This document shows, piece after piece, positions 38,889-49,151 of a stretch of 64,000 bases of DNA. The stretch lies in NCBI GenBank assembly GCA_052389415.1, contig JBQTHX010000055.1, positions 1 through 64,000 of the forward strand, read 5' to 3'. A program made the translations under genes and the position numbers. Every line of letters begins with the position of its first letter. Within the stretch, counting starts at the first letter, position 1. The DNA comes from Nitrosopumilaceae archaeon (GTDB lineage Archaea; Thermoproteota; Nitrososphaeria; Nitrososphaerales; Nitrosopumilaceae). A model generated the notes under the pieces. That model worked only from the letters and a program-made list of their open reading frames with translations, made no database searches and was not told where the DNA came from.

Positions 38889-39154
38889 ATAGGAAAATGC
38901 TTGAGATACTTGCTTGTCCAATTGATAAGCATTTCCCGTTAGAGATTTTTGAATCAGATTCCAAAGACCAAATAATTTTAGAAGGAGCTATGTATTGCGC
39001 AAAGTGTTCCAGATTCTATCCCATTATTGAAGAGATTCCAATAATGTTGCCTGATGAGCTAAGAGATAAGTATCACGATATAGAATTTTTAAAGAAAAAT
39101 CAGTCTTCTTTTCCAGAAAAAATAACTAAACAGGCAGCTCCTTGGCATTTGTGA
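38885..39154 (+). CDS. trm112: Trm112-family methyltransferase activator
   Basis: ILACP, CAKC, YPIIEEIPIMLP. Confidence 0.88.
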   Translation: MNRKMLEILACPIDKHFPLEIFESDSKDQIILEGAMYCAKCSRFYPIIEEIPIMLPDELRDKYHDIEFLKKNQSSFPEKITKQAAPWHL

Positions 39155-39636
39155 ATGATTTGGTAACAAATTTTATTTCAGAAAAAGCAAAGATTGGAAA
39201 AAATGTTCGTATATGGCACTTTGCTTATGTTGGGGATAACACGGAGATAGGAGATAATGTAAAAATAGGCTCACTTTCACACATTGACTATAACGTGAAG
39301 ATAGGAGAAAATACGATGATTGAAGGTTTAGTTTACATCCCACCACTGTGTCGAATAGGAAAGAATGTTTTCATTGGACCATCTGCAGCATTGACAAATG
39401 ATCCCTATCCAGCCAGCAGAAAGCTTGCTGGTATAACAGTAGAAGATAATGTCATCATAGGCTCACGTGCAGTTCTCAAAGCAGGTATAACAGTAGGTAA
39501 AAACAGTGTAATAGCAATGGGAGCAGTTGTCATAAAGGATGTACCTCCAGATGTAGTAGTGATAGGTGTTCCAGCAACAATTAGATACTCACGCCAAGAG
39601 TATGATGAAAAGAAGAAAAATTGGGAACTTAGTTAG
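39151..39636 (+). CDS. Hexapeptide-repeat N-acetyltransferase (WbpD-like)
   Basis: IWHF, hexapeptide repeats, TNDPYP. Confidence 0.85.
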   Translation: MNDLVTNFISEKAKIGKNVRIWHFAYVGDNTEIGDNVKIGSLSHIDYNVKIGENTMIEGLVYIPPLCRIGKNVFIGPSAALTNDPYPASRKLAGITVEDNVIIGSRAVLKAGITVGKNSVIAMGAVVIKDVPPDVVVIGVPATIRYSRQEYDEKKKNWELS

Positions 39637-39871
39637 TTATTTTTCTATGAAAGATCCAGTTTTTTATCTTTGTAAGCACGTAAATCCAGATAATTACTAA
39701 AATTATTGCAATTGCAGCTTTACCAAGAGAGGCATGATTTACTTCCAATGTGCCAATTGTAACAAATCCTTGAATTGATATCATTGATGATAGTACAACC
39801 AATAATCCGCCTCCAACAATAATTAAGATCCACATTATAAAGATAAAAGAGAATATTTCATAGTTTTTCAT
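39629..39871 (-). CDS. Small membrane protein
   Basis: Two TM helices; ATGA overlap with the upstream gene. Confidence 0.75.
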   Translation of the reverse strand: MKNYEIFSFIFIMWILIIVGGGLLVVLSSMISIQGFVTIGTLEVNHASLGKAAIAIILVIIWIYVLTKIKNWIFHRKITN

Positions 39872-40857
39872 ATTCTAATTTCCATCATTATTGCAGTGAT
39901 AATTGCAAGTACTCCAGAAAATAATGCAAGTTTAAAAATAACTTTTGTAATTTGTTGTTCAGTCATCGGACCAGCTGAAAGAATTAAACGAAGAAGTGTA
40001 ACCGGTGCGTCTTTTTCCTGTGTAGCCACAAGTTTAAAATCAGATGTAACGGCCGTTGGGTTTTTTATTTGCCTGTGTTCTACTATACGTTTTACACTTG
40101 ATAAGAACAAAAATGAATTTACAACAGCGGGTAAAAGTGCTATTGCAGCAACAATTTCTACATGACCAAGAATTGCTATTACACCATACATTGCACCAAG
40201 AGTCAAGGAACCTGAATCACCTGGAAATATTTTGCTAGGAAATTTGTGATATTTGTAAAAAGCTAGTGAAACACATCCAAGTGAAAGACTAGCAATTGCA
40301 ATTTCGTAGTTTTGCGTTATGAATAGAGATATGCTCAGAGAGAAACTTGCAATGGTCATGAAACCACTTGCAACTCCATTTAAAACATCGATTGAGTTGA
40401 TAGTGTTTCCGGTTATTGGAATGATTAACAAAATTAATGCTAAATAAAGAACGGGGATTTTAAATGTGCCAAAAAGTGGGAATATCAAGTCCGTATCATA
40501 AGCCCCCAACAAGATAATTGGGATAGCCGAAAAAGCCAAACCTAGTGGTTTGAACCAGCCACCTAGAGACTTTTTATCGTCTATTATTCCTACTACAAAA
40601 GCAAGAATAGTAGTAACCATAATTGTAATTATTGCAGTCGTAGGAAAAAATGAATATAAGACTAATTCTGATGCAATAATTCCAATTAATATAGATGGAC
40701 CGCCAGGTCTTGGTACCATTGTTCCATCTTTTCTATGATAATCTTTTACCACGAGGTTTCTTTTTTGTAGAACCTGTATTAGGAATGGAGTAATAAAATA
40801 AACTGAAAAAAATGATACGATTGAAGTTATTATTGCTGGGATTATCTGTTCAAGCAT
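39868..40857 (-). CDS. UDP-GlcNAc:polyprenyl-phosphate GlcNAc-1-P transferase (GT4/MraY family, AglH-like)
   Basis: PRPGG, GIIDD, NTINSIDVLNG, FPGDSG. Confidence 0.9.
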   Translation of the reverse strand: MLEQIIPAIITSIVSFFSVYFITPFLIQVLQKRNLVVKDYHRKDGTMVPRPGGPSILIGIIASELVLYSFFPTTAIITIMVTTILAFVVGIIDDKKSLGGWFKPLGLAFSAIPIILLGAYDTDLIFPLFGTFKIPVLYLALILLIIPITGNTINSIDVLNGVASGFMTIASFSLSISLFITQNYEIAIASLSLGCVSLAFYKYHKFPSKIFPGDSGSLTLGAMYGVIAILGHVEIVAAIALLPAVVNSFLFLSSVKRIVEHRQIKNPTAVTSDFKLVATQEKDAPVTLLRLILSAGPMTEQQITKVIFKLALFSGVLAIITAIMMEIRI

Positions 40858-42983
40858 TATGACACACTTTGGAGTTGTGCTTTGATATTTTCCGCCAGAG
40901 TTGAACCTATCTTGTCTATTTTTGCCAGGTCTTTAATTGATATTTTTGACAGATCATGAAGATTTTTGATTCCATTCTTGTATAATATACGCGAACGTAT
41001 CCTACCTACCCCGCGTATCCTAATCAGATCAAGAAGTTCCTCCTTGATTCCATAAGAAATTCTTTGTCTGAGAATATTCAATTCGTCAAGAAGATCGTCT
41101 CGTGATTCCAGTTTAGCAAGCTCATATAATGAATAAACAAGCCAATCCGAAGTTTCTACCATTCTATGCATATCACCTGATTCTACTCCAAAATTATCTG
41201 AAAGAAAGATCTCGTTTGATTCATTTATCCATGCATGCATTGCCAAAAGACTTCGTGAACATTCGTACTCTGAGATAGGCTCGATTAATTCCGATACATG
41301 ATTTTCAATTAATGTACTAATAATTTCATAATCTTTGTTACGTAAGGAAAATTTAGGAAAGAAATCTTCACAGTTTGTTATGACATGAAGAAATCCAAAA
41401 GTATGATTTTTACGCTTTGAAGTTTTTTGTAAAGATTTTCTGAAAGAAACCGCGGTTAGTGGATCAATGTAAAGCATTGAGGTTTTTTTACCAAATTCAG
41501 TTGCTACAAACCTTTCCCCCTTTTCTTTTATCAGATCTTCTAGTGCAAGATAATCTAATGTAATTTGAATTTTGAATTTTATGGTTGGTTTTCTTATTTG
41601 AGAACCAGCAAGAGTTTCTATAAAAAAATCTATCAGTTCGTCCTTTTTTATTCCTGGATTTGAAGAGACTAAACTCAAAACATGCGTTCTAAGTGCCTTG
41701 TCATCAGTGAGTTTTGATGATATTGGTTCTGGAGTTCCATTTACATAAAAATCAAAGAGATCGTCACTGTTTGAGTTTCCAACAATTATTGCTTCACCAA
41801 AGTTGTCATATTGCGGCCTTCCTGCTCTGCCACAAAGCTGTTTGTATTCAAGAACGCTGATAGGCTTGTTTAATCCACTTTTTGTGTCATATCTATTAAT
41901 GTTTGAGATAATCACACGTCTTGCTGGTAGATTTACTCCTGCAGCAAGAGTTGGAGTCGAGGCAAGTAACTTGATTTTCCTATTTCTGAATTCTGATTCT
42001 ATTGTTTCACGACATTTCTGATTAAGACCAGCATGATGAAATGCTACCCCTTTTTTTATTAGCGTAGCGAGATTTTTTACAATTTCCGTATGTTCGTTAG
42101 ATTCAAGAATTTTTTGTGATATCTTGTCAAGTTCGTTTTTTTCATCTTTGTTTAGATTTTTATTAATGACATCAGCTGCTTTGGCCGCAAGTATAGCGGA
42201 GCGAGCCCTAGTCTCTGCAAATAGAATTGTTTGCCCACCGTTTTTTATAGAATCTATGCCAAGATCTACTGAAGGCCCCCTTATGGTATTCTCAACTTCA
42301 AATTTCTTTCCGTTCTGCATGATTACAGTACCATCATCATAAACACCTTCCCATAATGGAATTGGTCGCCAATTATTTTCTACCAAATCACATCCCAGCC
42401 ATACTGCAATTTCTGTAGCGTTTGTAACTGTTGCACTTAATGCAAGAATTTGTGGCTTTTGTGTCATTAATTTTAGTTTTGTTAAAATGATTTCAAGAGT
42501 GGGACCTCGATCCTGATCTCCAAGAAGATGTACTTCATCTACAATAACAAGACTTATGTTGTTGATCCATTCTGCCCCGTGTCGTATTAGCGAATCCATT
42601 TTTTCATTTGTAAGTACAATTACATCGTTTTGACCTAGATTTTTGTCGGCCTCATCAAATTCTCCGGTGGATATCTGGATCTTAATTTTTCTACCAAAAT
42701 CTATCAAATTCAAATTTTGAAATTCAGAAAACTTTTCTGCAGATAAAGCACGAAGCGGGTTAAGATACACTACTTTACCATTTTTCTTAAAGAGATGATT
42801 CATGATGGCAAAGATTGCTATTAGCGTTTTTCCGCTAGCAGTAGGTGAAGATACAAGGACACTTTTTCCATCCAGAATACCTGCCTTTACACTATCTTCT
42901 TGAGGAGGATAAAGTTCTCCATATCCCATCTTTTCTAAAAATTCAATTGCTGGTTTTGGTAATTTGAGTTCCGATATTTTCAT
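40857..42983 (-). CDS. hel308: Hel308/Hjm Ski2-like DNA helicase
   Basis: PTASGKT, DEVH, HHAGL, GVNLPA, QLCGRAGRP, HhH tail. Confidence 0.93.
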   Translation of the reverse strand: MKISELKLPKPAIEFLEKMGYGELYPPQEDSVKAGILDGKSVLVSSPTASGKTLIAIFAIMNHLFKKNGKVVYLNPLRALSAEKFSEFQNLNLIDFGRKIKIQISTGEFDEADKNLGQNDVIVLTNEKMDSLIRHGAEWINNISLVIVDEVHLLGDQDRGPTLEIILTKLKLMTQKPQILALSATVTNATEIAVWLGCDLVENNWRPIPLWEGVYDDGTVIMQNGKKFEVENTIRGPSVDLGIDSIKNGGQTILFAETRARSAILAAKAADVINKNLNKDEKNELDKISQKILESNEHTEIVKNLATLIKKGVAFHHAGLNQKCRETIESEFRNRKIKLLASTPTLAAGVNLPARRVIISNINRYDTKSGLNKPISVLEYKQLCGRAGRPQYDNFGEAIIVGNSNSDDLFDFYVNGTPEPISSKLTDDKALRTHVLSLVSSNPGIKKDELIDFFIETLAGSQIRKPTIKFKIQITLDYLALEDLIKEKGERFVATEFGKKTSMLYIDPLTAVSFRKSLQKTSKRKNHTFGFLHVITNCEDFFPKFSLRNKDYEIISTLIENHVSELIEPISEYECSRSLLAMHAWINESNEIFLSDNFGVESGDMHRMVETSDWLVYSLYELAKLESRDDLLDELNILRQRISYGIKEELLDLIRIRGVGRIRSRILYKNGIKNLHDLSKISIKDLAKIDKIGSTLAENIKAQLQSVS

Positions 42984-45064
42984 ACACGGTTATAATGACC
43001 GGGTTTTGATTCATAAATAGCTGACTCACGTTGAAGTTTTTTAATATATTTGCGTGCTTCTTCTTCTGTAAATTTACCTGTTTTTATTAGCTCTTTAACA
43101 AATGTTTTTTCTTCAACGGGTCGTTTTTCATCTCCTTCAAGAGACTTCATAACGTCCATGAATAGTTGCATTTTTGATACCTCACTATGAGGTTTTCCTT
43201 GCAGTACACCCAAATCAACCTGACCAGTATTGACATCTACTCCAGCATCCTGTAACATGCTTTCAATTAAGAAAATAGCACGTTCCGCATCTTCTGCATC
43301 CACTTGATCTTTCATCAGCAACCTTGCCCTAGCAGTGGATAGTCTTATCAATCCCTCAAGTTGTCTGGGAGTCACAGTTATCATACCTTCAGATTCTACA
43401 TTTCTCATTTTCATGTAATATTCAAGAATTTTGTCTTCAGCTTCTTTTGTTAAAACAGGGTCTATTTTTTTGACATATGATAGATATTTTGTAAGTATGT
43501 CTACGTCAATGAGTGATTTAGTATCCGCTGGTGAGCTTCTATGAAGATTTAGTATGTGTCTTGCTATTCTAGTATCCTTCTCTTTTGATGGAACATCTCT
43601 AACTACAAAAATAAGATCAAATCTTGTAAGCAATGGAATTGGCAAATTTACATTTTCTGTAATGTTCTTGAAGGGATCATATTTTCCATACATCGGGTTG
43701 GCAGCTGCCAAAATCGATGTTCTTGCATTCAGTGTAGCTACGATACCACCCTTTGCAATACTTGCAGATTGTTGTTCCATTACTTCGTGTAATGCACTTC
43801 GATCTTCTGGTTTCATCTTATCAAATTCATCAATACAAACTAAACCTTGGTCCCCAAGGACAACCGCTCCTGCTTCTAACATCATTATTCCAATTTTATC
43901 TCGAACAACTGCAGCGGTAAGTCCAGCAGCAGTTGAACCTCTACCAGAGGTGTATAATCCTCTAGGAGCAATTCTTGCACAGAATTTTAACATTTCACTT
44001 TTTGCGGTACCGGGATCTCCAACAAGAAAAATGTTGATGTCACCACGAATTTTTGTACCGTCTGTTAGAATTCTCTGTGTCGAACCTACAATCAAGAGTA
44101 AAATTGCTTCTTTGATGATGTCTTGACCGCTAATGTGTGGAGCAAATGATGCAACTAGTCTTTCATAATTGTCAGCGTTCTTTGCAAGTGATTTGATAAT
44201 TTTTTCTTCATCAATGGATATTTCTTCACGTTCTATACTTCTGGAAGTTTTTGTTCCTCGACCACCAAGGAATTCAATATTATTACCTTGAATTCTTAAT
44301 CTATAGATCCCACTTTTGCCTCGCATGGAGGGTATATGTTCTTGTTCAATTCGTACTATTCCAGTTAGAATGATACGATCACCTGGTCTTGCATTGTCAA
44401 CAAGATCCTGTAATACTGTAACATCAACATAATGAGGCAATTGACCTGGCGGTAAATCTTCTGGCAATTCCTGCAATCTAACCATTTGAAAATCGATAAA
44501 TCTACTTTCTTCTGGATTAAGCTCTAGATCTTTATGAGTACACTTTCCATCATCACATTTTAGCGGTTCATTAAATTCGAGTCCCTTCTCTTGAACTCTC
44601 TTAGTTCTATGACCTTCTGGACAAACATATACCAATTCTTTTGCAAGTGGTTTTATTTCCGATGATCTAACTACCATGCCAGATACGCTAGTCATCTTCC
44701 CAATTACTTCAGCGTTTATCTCACGCAAACTGCGTTGAGCAGGATAATTTGCAATTCTTACTCTAACATCATGTTGAATTTTTTCAGCGTACTGTGGAAA
44801 TCTTTCTTTTAGAATATCTTTGATTGCAGTTGCAAATACAAGTAGCATTTCATCGGGTTTTGTATTAAAAACAGATTCTATTTCAGGATGAGATACTAGA
44901 TCATTATAATCAACTACGAGATATTGTACTTTCTTTGCCATCATCTGGTCTATTTCTTCTACATACTTGTAAGCCCCTGACTTGTCTTTGAATTGAACCA
45001 AGAAGTCTTTTACTTGATCAAGACGTTTTCCTTCAGATGATACCGATTCTGAAACTAGCGTCAT
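42980..45064 (-). CDS. mcm: MCM replicative helicase
   Basis: GDPGTAKS, IDEFDKM, LTRFD, Zn finger; no intein. Confidence 0.97.
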   Translation of the reverse strand: MTLVSESVSSEGKRLDQVKDFLVQFKDKSGAYKYVEEIDQMMAKKVQYLVVDYNDLVSHPEIESVFNTKPDEMLLVFATAIKDILKERFPQYAEKIQHDVRVRIANYPAQRSLREINAEVIGKMTSVSGMVVRSSEIKPLAKELVYVCPEGHRTKRVQEKGLEFNEPLKCDDGKCTHKDLELNPEESRFIDFQMVRLQELPEDLPPGQLPHYVDVTVLQDLVDNARPGDRIILTGIVRIEQEHIPSMRGKSGIYRLRIQGNNIEFLGGRGTKTSRSIEREEISIDEEKIIKSLAKNADNYERLVASFAPHISGQDIIKEAILLLIVGSTQRILTDGTKIRGDINIFLVGDPGTAKSEMLKFCARIAPRGLYTSGRGSTAAGLTAAVVRDKIGIMMLEAGAVVLGDQGLVCIDEFDKMKPEDRSALHEVMEQQSASIAKGGIVATLNARTSILAAANPMYGKYDPFKNITENVNLPIPLLTRFDLIFVVRDVPSKEKDTRIARHILNLHRSSPADTKSLIDVDILTKYLSYVKKIDPVLTKEAEDKILEYYMKMRNVESEGMITVTPRQLEGLIRLSTARARLLMKDQVDAEDAERAIFLIESMLQDAGVDVNTGQVDLGVLQGKPHSEVSKMQLFMDVMKSLEGDEKRPVEEKTFVKELIKTGKFTEEEARKYIKKLQRESAIYESKPGHYNRV

Positions 45065-45576
45065 CTTTTATCACCTAAGATCTGTTTTTGAAATTCTAAA
45101 CTTTGTGTATGTATAGCGTCAAATAAAACACGTTCTTCTATCGATAATTTTTTTGCAAGATCTGTTGTCATTTTTGATGAATTTGCCAATCCAATTATTT
45201 TTCCTTGTCTTTTTCTAACAAGAGTGTTTAACATACTTTCTACTTTATCCTTATCCTGTTGTGGAAGTCTTTTCATGTAAGAACGCACCTTAATGTAAAA
45301 ATCGATTTCTAGAGTGGATAGATCAAAATCACCTTGGACATTTTCCTTGACTAGAGCTTGTTTTAGGGCCACTATCATATCCATGTCCTGCACGTCTACA
45401 AGTTTATCATAAGCAAGAATGTCTGCTACCCATCTTGGTATGCTAACAATTTCTCCATGTTTTGCGTCGATGGAAACATCTGATGCCTCGACTTTGATAT
45501 CATGATTAAATGTAACTTTAACATCTTGTAATCCATATCCTAAAGTGTGCACTTGGATAAGTTCTGAAATCTCCAT
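45061..45576 (-). CDS. GINS complex subunit (Gins23)
   Basis: IPRWVA N-terminal B domain; overlaps the mcm start. Confidence 0.85.
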   Translation of the reverse strand: MEISELIQVHTLGYGLQDVKVTFNHDIKVEASDVSIDAKHGEIVSIPRWVADILAYDKLVDVQDMDMIVALKQALVKENVQGDFDLSTLEIDFYIKVRSYMKRLPQQDKDKVESMLNTLVRKRQGKIIGLANSSKMTTDLAKKLSIEERVLFDAIHTQSLEFQKQILGDKR

Positions 45577-45695
45577 TGTGCATGAAACTCCATCCTAGGA
45601 TTTAATGGGATCGATCGATCAATTCCTTTAACAACTAGCTTTGATCATTTGATCTTAGCCGTAATTTTATTAGTGAGAGAGAAAGGTAACAGCGT

Positions 45696-46649
45696 ATGAC
45701 TGGAAATATAATGTGGGTGGAAAAATATCGACCCCTAAAGCTTTCTTCTATAATAAATCAAAAAGAGGTGATTGGCAGCTTAAAAGCGCTTTTAAAAAAT
45801 ACGCCTGAAATACCCCATCTTATGTTTTCCGGTTCAGCAGGAGTTGGCAAAACCACTGCTGCCATGTGTCTAGCATATGAAATACTTGGGGAATATTGGA
45901 AAGACCACACTCTTGAACTTAATGCGTCTGATGAGCGAGGGATAAACATGGTAAGGGACAGAGTAAAAAAATTTGCCAGGTTTTCAGGGCTGAATACAAA
46001 AATTCCATTTAAAATAATCATTTTAGACGAAGCCGATGAAATGACATCCGATGCACAAACAGCATTGCGTAGAATTATTGAAGACACAGCAAAATATTGT
46101 AGGTTTATTTTAATCGCTAATAACATATCAAAGATTATAGAACCACTCCAAAGTAGATGTGCAGTATTCAAGTTCACAAGAATTTCGCAAGAGGAAGTGG
46201 TCTCACACCTAGAAGAAATTTGTAAAAAAGAAAAAGTAAAGTTTGACCAAAAAGGACTAGAAATGATAAATAGTTATTCGGAAGGTGATATGCGTCACGC
46301 CATAAATATTTTGCAGGCAGTAGCGAGTCTTGGAATTGTAAACGAATCTAATGTAAAGATGTCAGCTGGTCTTTCAAAAATAAATGATGTGGGCGAAATT
46401 CTTAAACTAGCAATTTCGGGAAGGCTATCTGATGCCAGAAATAAAATGATCGAATTGATCAAGGTATATGGGATGTCGGAATCAGATTTTCTAAAATATC
46501 TAAACGACGAGTCTTACAAGATAAAGACTGGAAAACTGGATGAAATTATAGAAGTAATTGCAAAATATGATTATAGATTAATTATAGGTGCAAATCCAGA
46601 AATTCAGCTTTCTGCACTTTTAGCAGAACTTGGTAGAATAGGAAAATAA
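45696..46649 (+). CDS. rfcS: Replication factor C small subunit
   Basis: WVEKYRP, GVGKT, LNASDERG, DEAD, SRC. Confidence 0.96.
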   Translation: MTGNIMWVEKYRPLKLSSIINQKEVIGSLKALLKNTPEIPHLMFSGSAGVGKTTAAMCLAYEILGEYWKDHTLELNASDERGINMVRDRVKKFARFSGLNTKIPFKIIILDEADEMTSDAQTALRRIIEDTAKYCRFILIANNISKIIEPLQSRCAVFKFTRISQEEVVSHLEEICKKEKVKFDQKGLEMINSYSEGDMRHAINILQAVASLGIVNESNVKMSAGLSKINDVGEILKLAISGRLSDARNKMIELIKVYGMSESDFLKYLNDESYKIKTGKLDEIIEVIAKYDYRLIIGANPEIQLSALLAELGRIGK

Positions 46650-46733
46650 CGCAGAGAGAGGGATTTGAACCCCCGAGTGCTTGCGCACATAGGCTCTCAA
46701 GGCCCACGCCATGCCGGGCTAGGCGACCTCTGC
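46650..46733 (-). tRNA. tRNA-Ser(TGA)
   Basis: GCAGAGG acceptor, TGGGC-CTTGAGA-GCCTA, long variable arm. Confidence 0.95.
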
Positions 46734-46815
46734 GAATTTGCTTCATAAAGACTAGTTAAAATTTGTTTAAGATCATCATTAGGATGATAAAACTAGTTCA
46801 TAGAGGGTCTGAAGG

Positions 46816-47643
46816 TCATGCACTAATTATGCCAGTTTTAACCAGATATTGGATTCCATTAGCAAAGGTTTTGTCATCGATTTCGCCGATGGACCACCAT
46901 TTGGCGTTGTTTCTTATCCAGTCAGGAATTTTAACTTCTTTACTTGGTTCGTTATTTTCTGCTAGAGGAATTCTGATAATTCCTTCTTTTATCATAAATT
47001 GAATTCCGCCTGCGAATGTTTTGTCATCGATTTCGCCGTTGGACCACCATTTGGCGTTGTTTTTAACCCAAATAGGAATGACTATTTCTTCAGGAATTTC
47101 TTGCATCAGCTCACCTATCTGAATTTCTTTATGGAAGACAATCTCTTTATCAATAAATTGTGCCGGAGAATCTATGGATATAACAGTAGCTTCTATATTA
47201 TAGGATCCATCAGTTAGAACATTCTGTCTTGCAATAATTTTGCTACCAAATTCACTCATATAGCCTCCCAAATACGTTTCCTGAGGGGCCTGAACAACAA
47301 TCCTAGGCTTATCAAATAATTGATGTTTGAAATCGATTTCGATCTGTCCATTTTTATCATAAAAGAGAGCATTGATAAGCGGTGCTTCTAAGCCTTTTTG
47401 GATAGCCAGCTTTATTGTCACATGTTGAAAATTTTTCTTATTGGTCTCATCATAAAGAATAATTTTTAAACTAAAATCTTGTTTTGGATCAATTTTTTCC
47501 GGAACTACAAAATTCATTGTCGGTTTCCTATCTCCAAGTGTAGCCGGATGAACGTGAGGATCTTTGTTCTCCATTTGTGCAAATGTCGTTATCCATGTTT
47601 CAGAAATTAAAATTATTGACAACACCAATACAATTTTTTTCAA
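46816..47643 (-). CDS. Exported protein with two C-terminal IPxW-x-KNNAKWW repeats
   Basis: Signal peptide; duplicated IP.W.(K/R)NNAKWWS.GEIDD..F..GIQ module. Confidence 0.85.
   Translation of the reverse strand: MKKIVLVLSIILISETWITTFAQMENKDPHVHPATLGDRKPTMNFVVPEKIDPKQDFSLKIILYDETNKKNFQHVTIKLAIQKGLEAPLINALFYDKNGQIEIDFKHQLFDKPRIVVQAPQETYLGGYMSEFGSKIIARQNVLTDGSYNIEATVISIDSPAQFIDKEIVFHKEIQIGELMQEIPEEIVIPIWVKNNAKWWSNGEIDDKTFAGGIQFMIKEGIIRIPLAENNEPSKEVKIPDWIRNNAKWWSIGEIDDKTFANGIQYLVKTGIISA
46868..47062. repeat. 45-bp intragenic direct repeat (46868-46912, 47018-47062)
   Basis: 44/45 identical, 150-bp period. Confidence 0.9.
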
Positions 47644-47724
47644 TGCGAGATTTGAGATATCATGAACATTTATTAGTTTTTAGGTATCGCCAATGTTTAT
47701 ATCTTTAAAATGAAAATTTAATTC

Positions 47725-47997
47725 GTGCCTGAAAACAGATTGAAATCAATTTCCATATTTATACCTGAGAATATAGTTTGCACAACTTTAGAAAAAATTG
47801 GGTTTCTACAAACAGATAGTGTAACTACATCAAGTGACGGAAAGTTTTGGAAAAAGATACTATATGTAAAAGGAGAGGAAGTGATTTCTGTATCAGAAGA
47901 GCTTGGGGATTATTGGCCCAAAGACCCTGTTATATCAATATGTGGTTTACCCGACACAATTAAGACTATCCTAGGAGATTTGGATGCCGTCATTTGA
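47725..47997 (+). CDS. Hypothetical protein
   Basis: 90-aa ORF overlapping the next ORF. Confidence 0.65.
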   Translation: MPENRLKSISIFIPENIVCTTLEKIGFLQTDSVTTSSDGKFWKKILYVKGEEVISVSEELGDYWPKDPVISICGLPDTIKTILGDLDAVI

Positions 47998-48541
47998 ATG
48001 CAATGAAACCCAGTTTATTGAAAATATTAGCCGTATTCTGGATTCTGAAAATAAATTCGTTGTAAACAGGCGAGTCCAGGTTTATGATGATAAACGATAT
48101 GGACCAGCTGGAATGCCTGATGAAGTATTTAATCAATTTTCATCAATCCTTTCGAGAAAAGGTCAGAGAACGTCAGTATACGCAAAAACACACTTTCTAG
48201 ATGATTATCATCACAAGATCTATTTTTTGCAAGACATGGTTCATTCTTCCTCTAAGATGAAGTACCCAGTTTTGCACATTCCTTATTACAAAGTAGAGTA
48301 TTCCTTTAGAATTTTTGGCAGCTCATATCATCACAGCTTTGATGTGTTGTTCAAACCAAAAATTTCAATTGAACAGAAAAAGATTGTGAAAAAAATGAAT
48401 CCAAAAATAGAGGAAGAATCAGTAATGCTAATTTATGTTCTGCAATTTGAACCTCCAAGTGAAAAAATGCTTGTAATTAATCTTCCAAAGAAAGTATTAA
48501 TATTAGATTTTAAGAAATCAAATAATCCTCTAGAGAATTGA
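47984..48541 (+). CDS. Hypothetical protein
   Basis: 185-aa ORF. Confidence 0.7.
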   Translation: MPSFECNETQFIENISRILDSENKFVVNRRVQVYDDKRYGPAGMPDEVFNQFSSILSRKGQRTSVYAKTHFLDDYHHKIYFLQDMVHSSSKMKYPVLHIPYYKVEYSFRIFGSSYHHSFDVLFKPKISIEQKKIVKKMNPKIEEESVMLIYVLQFEPPSEKMLVINLPKKVLILDFKKSNNPLEN

Positions 48542-48566
48542 ATTAAAAATAAAGGAAGAGAGTAGT

Positions 48567-49100
48567 TTAGTGATGTGCGTGTGGATTTGCAGAGCCAACA
48601 TCCATCTTTGTATATGTTCCTGCTGCTTTTTCATGATATTCCAGATTTGACTGGTCTACTTTGATTGCTAGTGGCGGACAAACAGAAACACATGCCATGC
48701 ACCAAATGCAGTCATGTTCTCTAATTGGATCTGCCTTGTCTGAGCGATCTAATTTTTCTTCTTTTACAGTTTTACCAGTTCCAGCAAATGTTTCGTTAAT
48801 TGCTTGTATTGCTGGAATATCCTTTTCTGTTCTATACCATTGAAAAACTTGTACCGGACAAGCTTCAATGCATGCACCATCTCCGACACAAGAATCCCAG
48901 TCTACTGCGACCATTGTGCCACTAACACCAATTGGAACTAACTCTTCACCATGTGCTTTGTATGCTTCTATGCATGCAGGGTCTTCTGCTGCTTCAGCTT
49001 TTCTACCCGGACCCCATACAAAGTGAAAGTGTTCCCCATCAGTGTGTTTTATTTTTCCAATTACCTCATACCCTTTTGGAAAAGTCTCTACGATTGGCAT
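48567..49100 (-). CDS. Dicluster (7Fe/Zfx-type) ferredoxin
   Basis: CVGDGACIEACP and CIWCMACVSVCP. Confidence 0.92.
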   Translation of the reverse strand: MPIVETFPKGYEVIGKIKHTDGEHFHFVWGPGRKAEAAEDPACIEAYKAHGEELVPIGVSGTMVAVDWDSCVGDGACIEACPVQVFQWYRTEKDIPAIQAINETFAGTGKTVKEEKLDRSDKADPIREHDCIWCMACVSVCPPLAIKVDQSNLEYHEKAAGTYTKMDVGSANPHAHH

Positions 49101-49151
49101 GAAAATTTGAGACACAATATGTTATTTAAACCTAAACAAAATTAGTTCAAA

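Noticed and set aside
42980-46649. Inteins in MCM/RFC, or a replication origin at the GINS/rfcS gap
   Set aside because: Protein lengths are normal; the gap is only ~120 bp with no ORB-like G-string repeats and no cdc6 nearby
46868-47062. Possible DGR template/variable repeat pair (single AAC/ATC difference)
   Set aside because: Only one mismatch, both copies are in-frame domains of one gene, and there is no reverse transcriptase in the window
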